Assembly: GCA_028284225.1 (NCBI GenBank)
Contig: JANQSD010000004.1
Coordinates: 14,869 to 78,868, forward strand
Length of the DNA: 64,000 bases
Source of the DNA: Arenicellales bacterium
GTDB taxonomy: Bacteria > Pseudomonadota > Gammaproteobacteria > Arenicellales > JAHEKD01
Reading direction: 5' to 3'
Part shown: piece after piece, positions 53,931 through 62,000 of the stretch
How the letters are laid out: each line of letters starts with the position of its first letter
How positions within the stretch are numbered: position 1 is the stretch's first letter
The notes under the pieces: generated by a model
Database searches by the model: none
Told to the model about the DNA's origin: nothing
Seen by the model: only the letters and a program-made list of their open reading frames with translations
Position numbers and translations under genes: made by a program

Positions 53931-55787
53931 CTAAATAAGCAAGTTTTTTCTTTTACGCTGCCAAAGTTCATAGCACAAGCATTTCCATAACAGAATCAAG
54001 TCATAATCTTCAACAAATGGAGACTTTAACAGTGTTTCAATATAAGAAGTTTGTACGTATTCTGGCCACTTACAGGCCGGATCGAATAAGATATCGTATA
54101 CCAACTGACGATGTGTCTCGGTAAGTGATTTTCGAAATATCGAGTTGTATACTGTTGCCGTAGTCCGCTCGATCACTACCTCAGGAAGTAATGATTTCAT
54201 AGCATACCGCAATATAAATTTATGCTGATTTGTGTGTGGGTTATAAAATAAGAATGCCGGCAAATTTAAAGTAAATTCAACTAGAGCTCTATCTCTGAAA
54301 GGCATTAATGGTTTTAAATCATACCATCTCGCTTCTTCACTAATCCTCAAACTTAATGCCTGACTGTTAGAGTTAAAAACATGCTCATAACGGTCTCGCT
54401 CGAAACGATTAGAATCATCATGAAATAATTGATTGCTGTATTGTTTTAAATAATCAACAGCTTCAGTCGTCAAACATAAGTCAGGCTTTTGATGCCGCCA
54501 GCGAGATGTGATTCCGTTAAAGGGCAACAGACGACGAAGAACTGGATTTTTATAAAAGGGAACTGTCGAACGCTTTGACTCAATCGAGCAAGTGTTAACA
54601 AAACTACTTAATGATTGCCCAGAACGCATTAGATCACGAAGCCAATACCGATAGGCTCCAAATAAGTGATCTCCAAATTCACCGGTTAAAAAACATCGTC
54701 CGGCCTGCTGCCGAATAATCGGATAAGATTTACGTCGCTGATTAATCATTGGTGATAACCAGATATGATTAAGCGTACGATGCAAATGCTCCGGATCACC
54801 ACTCAGCGGCAAACATTCATCCGCATTCACATGTATATATTTAATAGAAAATTTTTTATATAGAGCACTAAGGTAGGACCGCTCATCACATTCCTTGAAT
54901 CGATCAAACACATGCGAAACAGCGATTAACTTTGAGCCGCTTTGATGAGCAACGGCTACAATACTGGTTGAGTCCAGGCCTCCACTCAATAGTATCGGCA
55001 CCTGGATATAAGGATCTGTTAATCGTTTAACTGCCCGTCCCAGTTTGACAGTAAATTCAGATGCAATCGTATCAATATCCGATTTATTCCGCGGCTTTAA
55101 TGGAAACGAGAAAAATCGTTTTAGTTTCGATCCTTTAGGAGTCAATTCCAGTACATGAGTGGACGGCAATCGACGAATTCCGTTAAATAATGTCCGTGTA
55201 ATATCAGCAGGTTGATCGTTAAAATATGCTGCAACTTGTGGCTTATTTTCCTCAAAAGCAGCAGAATTTTCATTATTGTCATTAAAACAAGCCTTGATAA
55301 TTGCTGTTTCGTCAGTTGTAATGATTGTGCTATCTGAGGTCTGGTGATAACAAAATGCCTGCTCACCCATCGGGTCAGAACATAGAACCAGACGACGATG
55401 CGGTATTTCATAAATTAAGCATAAGTAGCGACCATAGATTTTCTCAAACCAATTTGCCCCGTATTTTAGATACCCTTGTATAACCGCCTGCAATCCATTT
55501 TGATTCTGCTCGCGCATACTACTTGAAAAAGCAATATTATTAAGCTCATCGGGATTATCAATTTCCCCCTTAAACACCATCCATGCTTGCCTGTCATAGC
55601 TGCGCACAGGACAGAGATCATGCTTCTCATGCATCGCACTATATTTGACCCCGATACCGACTTGATCAAAGACAGCTGTACAGATGCCGGCTTGCGGTGC
55701 TCCATACAAGCAAGATGTTAAGCTTTCAAGCCGATGTTTATCTATAGAACGGCCATCTTGATGGTAAATTGCTGCCAACTTATACAT
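53931..55787 (-). CDS. Lasso cyclase-like asparagine synthetase homolog (no N-terminal Cys)
   Basis: LLSGGLDSTSI PP-loop, LTGEFGDHLF and PFRDRALVEF; N-terminus MYKLAAI lacks the Cys of MCGI; 43 nt downstream of a lasso-type precursor. Confidence 0.8.
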   Translation of the reverse strand: MYKLAAIYHQDGRSIDKHRLESLTSCLYGAPQAGICTAVFDQVGIGVKYSAMHEKHDLCPVRSYDRQAWMVFKGEIDNPDELNNIAFSSSMREQNQNGLQAVIQGYLKYGANWFEKIYGRYLCLIYEIPHRRLVLCSDPMGEQAFCYHQTSDSTIITTDETAIIKACFNDNNENSAAFEENKPQVAAYFNDQPADITRTLFNGIRRLPSTHVLELTPKGSKLKRFFSFPLKPRNKSDIDTIASEFTVKLGRAVKRLTDPYIQVPILLSGGLDSTSIVAVAHQSGSKLIAVSHVFDRFKECDERSYLSALYKKFSIKYIHVNADECLPLSGDPEHLHRTLNHIWLSPMINQRRKSYPIIRQQAGRCFLTGEFGDHLFGAYRYWLRDLMRSGQSLSSFVNTCSIESKRSTVPFYKNPVLRRLLPFNGITSRWRHQKPDLCLTTEAVDYLKQYSNQLFHDDSNRFERDRYEHVFNSNSQALSLRISEEARWYDLKPLMPFRDRALVEFTLNLPAFLFYNPHTNQHKFILRYAMKSLLPEVVIERTTATVYNSIFRKSLTETHRQLVYDILFDPACKWPEYVQTSYIETLLKSPFVEDYDLILLWKCLCYELWQRKRKNLLI

Positions 55788-55830
55788 AAACCCAATAGTA
55801 TAGTAATGGCAGCTTTATCGCTCATAATAT

Positions 55831-56004
55831 CTAAGTCAAACGTCGACTAACTGAATCCACGCCCAAACCCGACTGACCCAGTATCAATGTATGTAAATCA
55901 CCAATCTTGTTTAATCTCGGTGCCGTATACGGTTTTAATCGGTGCTTAGCTCGATTTATCGAGCCTGCTTTTGGTGCTTGTGCACCCATCAATGTCATAG
56001 ACAT
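55831..56004 (-). CDS. Lasso peptide-type precursor
   Basis: Leader motif YTAPRLNKIG (YxxPxLxxxG), then core GQSGLGVDSVSRRLT with Gly1 and Asp8; GGAGG 8 nt before ATG 56004 (TTG 56019 is an alternative start). Confidence 0.8.
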   Translation of the reverse strand: MSMTLMGAQAPKAGSINRAKHRLKPYTAPRLNKIGDLHTLILGQSGLGVDSVSRRLT

Positions 56005-56024
56005 CACCCTGTCCTCCAATTGTG

Positions 56025-59000
56025 TTACCCTCCTGTCTCTATTATTAATGCCGGATCTCCAATCAAGTTCCAGCCCAAAATTACATCCAGCTCATCACTA
56101 TGCGACTGTGCATGGGCTTGTTTGGCCTGAAGAATCGCCTCACCAATCGATTTTCCTGAAGTAAACATTCGCGGATACACTTGCTTGGCTAGTTCACGTT
56201 CATGGTCCGCTTCGGTCAAGGTACTGGCCCCCAACACCGCCGCCGCACCATTTAAATCATTCAACATGAACTGATGTGTCAAGGTGTCTTCGCTGGGATG
56301 CACATAATACGTATTCCAGCACCCCCATTGGGTGATCACCGTCGGTGATCCAGCATTCGTTAAGGCCGCTGCATCACCCGACTTGAATAACCCCGCAAAG
56401 GTCCAGTCCTGCGGTCCTGAATGCCCAAACATCCCCGCCACCGCCTGGCCTTGATTCAACGCCTCCAGCAAGGCACTACGGGCCGCACCTACTCCCAGCT
56501 CATCCATATATGCCCGCGTGATATTTTGTTGCCAGGTCCCGGGCAGTTCCGCTATGGTCATATCTGCATCCGTGCTGAACGAATAATTAGCCGCCTGATC
56601 TAATTCATCCACCGCCATCACCAACGATCTTGGATTCGGGTGAGATGCATACTGCAAGGTCTTGGTCACACTGTTGGCCCACTCCTGCGTGGTGCGCGGA
56701 ATCATTCGACCAATCGACATGTCCGGCACATCATCATCGTCTACGTCCGCATACTTACTGTCCGACGGCGCATGATAGATCCGATCACTGGTCTGCACAT
56801 ACAATGACGGCATAAAACTCATTGACCCGGTATTTAAATGATCATGATAATCATAGGTATCCGCCCCCACCAATAACACCATCTCGGTACCCAGATTCGC
56901 ATGCGCCCAATGGATATAACGCTGGATCGCATCAGCTCCAAAATGCCCATGACCAAAGGCACTGTACACCGCCTCAACATCCGCCACCTTGGTGCTATAG
57001 CCTTGACCCTGACGGGCTGCGATCAAGGCCTCCATATGCTCATCGATAAAATCAGGATGACTGATCACCAAATACTGTGCATTGCCGGTGAGTAAATCTT
57101 GCTGTTCCACCGGATCCACAAATTCGACCTGTTTTAATCCACTTACTAAACTCACGTAATAAGTGGATTCTTCCACCACATCACCGGCAAACCGTAATCG
57201 ATATTTCCCGTCTGCATACAACGGCATCCACACCTTAGTTAAGGATTCAAACTCACCGTTGGGCCGTTTACGGTACACTCGCCGGTTTAACACCCCTGGT
57301 TGAAAGGCCTCATAGCCCTGTACCTGTAAGCGTGCATCCTGGGAACTGAAGATCAATTGCTCGGTATCACTGTCCACGATTAACCTGCGCGGATAACTCA
57401 CCGACCAGGTATCCGTATGTACAATCGAGGCCACCTGATCTTCAGGCAAAGGATTCGTTACTGTCACTTTGACATGATTCAATCCCTCAACTAACGCTGC
57501 TGTCGTGGTCTGCCCGCTGATGGTCTGCGCTGTAAACCCATTAAAGTCCGATGTCCCGACCGCATAATCATTCAACTGCACATCCACATGATGATCACCG
57601 GCAAATCCACCCCACACGCCCGCATTCACACTCACCGGTCCCGACAGGATATGATCGACCTGAATCGGGAACAATGTACTCACCGGGTTATCCGTCGACA
57701 CAATCCGCCGCGCATACCACGGATCAGCCACCGAGGCGGCCGGGGAATAAAACACATCATAATCCATCTCAACCGTGGCGGTATAGCGTGTGGTCACCGG
57801 AGCGGCAATACTGTTCGGGTTAGTCTCGTCATACACCATGGATTTACGTTTATAAAAATCTTCGTATAAGACATAAATAGAATCTTGGCTATACAGTGTA
57901 TCTGCTTCATCGGCGACAAATTCAATCCAGCCGCCCGGCCCGAAGTACCAGCGCTGTTCACGGATTGTAGAGGTTTGGCCTTTACTGCGCACATCCACCG
58001 ACTCGCCGTTGTGCATTAAGGCCAAGCGCCAGTGTTTGACTCCCGTCAAGTCAATCCCCTGGGCCAGCAGTTGTTCGTACGTTACTCGGTAAATCCCCGG
58101 CTCAGATGTCTTGAAGTAAATCAACCCCGGGTCGGTTACCGGCTCAACACTAGCCTGGGCACTGGGCACCAGTGCCAACAGCATTGCACCAATCAGGCGT
58201 GAATGCCAGCTTGAGGCTGGAGGAGATTGGTTCGAGGACTGCGAGGTGCCGTTCCGCTTCAGAGCCTTCTGCTCCAGGCGCTGCTTTCGTTTAAGGGTGC
58301 GTCGCATCTGTTGTTCACCTTGGTCTAAGCGTTGTTCCATCTGTTTCATCCGCTGGGCCCGGCGCGCTTCACGTTTGGCCTTGCGGACCGCTTTTTTTGC
58401 ATTACTTTGCTGGTGGATTGTCGACCAGTCGATTGGATTACGATCCGTTCGGTCAACGCCGTGCTGTTGTCCCAGCTTAAACGGTCCACGGATGGTCTCT
58501 TGACCGAAGATATCCACATCACCAATCGCAAAAAGGCTTACTACTGGCCCGACGGATACATACTCATATTTTTGCAGTTCAACCGAATCACCCACTGGCG
58601 AAACAATCAACGCACTGTTGAGTCGCTGCCAGTCTTCACTTTTAGCTTTACCGTACAAGTTAAAGCCCGCATTGCCCGATTCGATCACCGTCTGCCAACG
58701 AATCGTAATCTCACCCACATTGACACCGCGTTCGGCATGAAAATAACCCAAGGTGATAGGATTCGTCACTGCCGGTGGATCCTGAAATCCAAAATTAGCC
58801 TGTGGTGTATCACCCAGATTCTGCGCCGGAAAGGAAACAGAACCGGTCGGGTTCTCTGTGCCCGTGTGGCCGTCAACTATGGTACCGCTGGGATCCACTG
58901 TCGCTATTAATGGCATACCAGTGGGTATCGAAATACTATAGGTTCCATCAGGGGCTGTAGTCGTTGTCAGAGTAACTGTCGTGCTGCTGGGCAGAGTATA

Positions 59001-62000
59001 AGTCATAGCAATGGTTGCGCCGGGAACACCGACATCGGCACCATCAAACGTACTATTACTGGATGTTGCATCACCTTCATCGTATACCATTCCCGTCAAG
59101 GTCAAAGCACCTCTAACCGCAAAGTCCACTGTATAGTTCGGCGAGGTCGTAATTACTTTCCAATATAGACTTGGATCGATCACTGAGCCATCTGTCGGCA
59201 ACTGGGTAGCCAACATCGTTTCGACAGACATCGCATTACTGTTATCAGGATCATTTGCTGTACCATCACGTGGAGTTTGCGGAATGGTTGCATCAATAAA
59301 ATCAGAGAGCACACCTTTTTCGTCAGTGATGCGTACAAAATACGTACCTGTCGGCACCCCTTCACAATAGTACTCCCCATTTTCATTGGTTTGTACTTCA
59401 CGAATCAGGTTGTCTACACTATCAACTCGAAATACACCATCATTATCAGTATCGTACCAACACTGGACAGTAACACCGGCCAGACCTACATCACCTTGTT
59501 CAGGATTAAATAGCCCATCATTGGTTGCCGCATCGTCTAACCATATCAAGTTACCTATTGATCCAAGATTCTGTTCTGGTGAATAACCAAAATCAATATC
59601 TGTTGTGGTATTGCCCGCCGTAACAGTCGCAAAGGTCAATCCACCCATCATTTCTGTTTCATTTAAACCAATAGTGGCATTATTTGTATCACTGACTTCA
59701 ACAATATAATCACCTGGAAGGACACCAGTGAAACTGTAGTCACCGTTTTCATCTGTAGTTACAGTAGCAATTACACTCTCATCGCCATCAGAACATGTAC
59801 CCGTTCCACAAGACACAAGATTTAATGTCACCAGCTCTATTCCCGGCTCAGTGTCATCATTACTATTGGCATTCAAATCCAGATACACAGTTCCTTCGAT
59901 TGCTCCCGGGCCAGCTGCGGAAGAATCCGGACCAAAACCAAAATCTAGATCAGTAACAATGTCTCCTGGAGTAACACTTAAATCCGGGCCACCGCTGGAT
60001 GTCATATCCGCTAATACATATTGTTGATCATTTGCACCATCACCATCTATATCACCGGTGTTGGTCGGCTCAGTTGCATCCAACACCGATGGTATATCAC
60101 CAGTGTTGTATGAGACATAATAATCACTGCCCGCGGGATCCGGTGTTACACTTACATTCCAGGTCCCATCAGGGTTGGTTGTGGTATTGGCTACAATTGT
60201 GCTCGTTGCATCGCGAACGATCACTATCACATTACCTAATCCGATTTCACTAGTATCTTGAATTCCACTGGAATTGGCATCACTCCATATCGTCCCACTT
60301 AACAATGTCATTGTAGAAGCAGAGACAAAACCAAATTCCTCATGCTTTTGTTGACCTTCACTCAGGCTGATCACCGCACTTGGGTTGACACCGGCAGGAT
60401 AAATCGTTTCAACAATACCCGCCGGGAAGTCAGGATCACTCTCGTCCGGATCCAGTTGATAATTGCCTGCCGGCAAATCAGGAAAAATTACATTGCCAAC
60501 TGCGTCTGTACTGGTCGTTTGTGTTGGACCATCATCTGCGTTACCACAATTTCCATCATTACCACAATCCAGCAATTGAATATCAACAGCTGTTATGGGT
60601 TGCTCACCAGGATCTTTAATTCCATCCTGATTAGTATCTATCCATAAAGCACTGGTAATCGCTGCCGTCTGCTCGTTATCTACATAACCGAAATCTACGT
60701 CCGTTACATCACCTGCATTCAAATCAGCCTGAGCAACCGGCAGTTGATCAAGACCGCTGGTGAGCGTATAACCGTCTAATACGTTATTTGTATCTGTTAT
60801 GGCGACGGTGTAATCAGCGGGTACTACATTGGGGAATATATAATCACCATTACTATCTGTAACAGTAGTAGCCACTACATTGCCTATACTATCTAGCAGA
60901 GCAACGCTAACGTCGGTTAAACCTGTCTCATCATCACTATTACCTGCTAAACCATCGTTGCCAGCCGGCTCATGAGTACCATCGGTATCAACATCATAAA
61001 ATACTGTTCCTGAGATATTGGGCAAAGACGTATTTTGATAACCAAAGTCTTGATTCAGGTTACTGTTACCGGGTGCTAAAGGCAGACTTGACTGATTATC
61101 ACTTGCTCCTGCACCATCGTCTGCATCATATGTCTGTATATAACCTTCTAAGGCACCACCACTGGAAAAGTTATTCGCATCGACAGTAACCGTATAATTC
61201 AAACCATCTGCTACATTCATAAATAGATAATTACCGCTTGCATCGGTAGTTGCTACCAGATTAACTGGGTTACCAGAGCTATCATTACCGGTTAGTGTCA
61301 AGGTAACGCCTGATATACCGCTTTCTCCCGGGTCTTGCACACCATCAGCATTCGCATCATTCCAAACCCTGTCACCGATCATACCGGGTTGGTTAAACCC
61401 AAAGCTTGGATGCCCATTACCAGAACCATTGGTAATCGGCGCTGATTGTGCTGGATCCTGATTAGTGATGTCCCCAGTTAATGCAGTTATCGACTGCTGT
61501 AATAGTGAAGCCGGCACCGTAGTATCAAAGTAGCCTGTCAGTTCGCTGTTATCATCAGTAATCGATATGGTGTAGCCACCATTTGATAAACCAGTAAAAG
61601 CAAAATCACCATTCGAATCTGTCACCACACTGGCAATAATCAGCCCTCCACTATCCAACAGATCAACCGTGACATTTCCGATACCGGGCTCACTCACATC
61701 CTGCACACCATCACCATCTGCGTCGTACCATAATCGGTCTGATAATGTCGAACCGGGTTGCAAGGCAAATCCAAAATCGGCGTCTACATAAATGTCACCG
61801 GATAATATCGTGATCGGGTCACTGATCAATGAACCCGGACTTTGTGGGCCGCTGGTTACATTCGTGGCCGCATCTGTAATAACACCGCCAGTATCCGTCA
61901 CGACAACGCTGTAATCCCCCGGTAATACGTTCGTGAACAGGTAATTCCCGGCAGCATCTGTAGTTGTCGTATCAATCACTGCCCCAGAGGAATTTAATAA

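Noticed and set aside
53931-55787. Housekeeping asparagine synthetase AsnB
   Set aside because: Lacks the N-terminal catalytic Cys and a recognisable HRGPD motif, and abuts a lasso-type precursor
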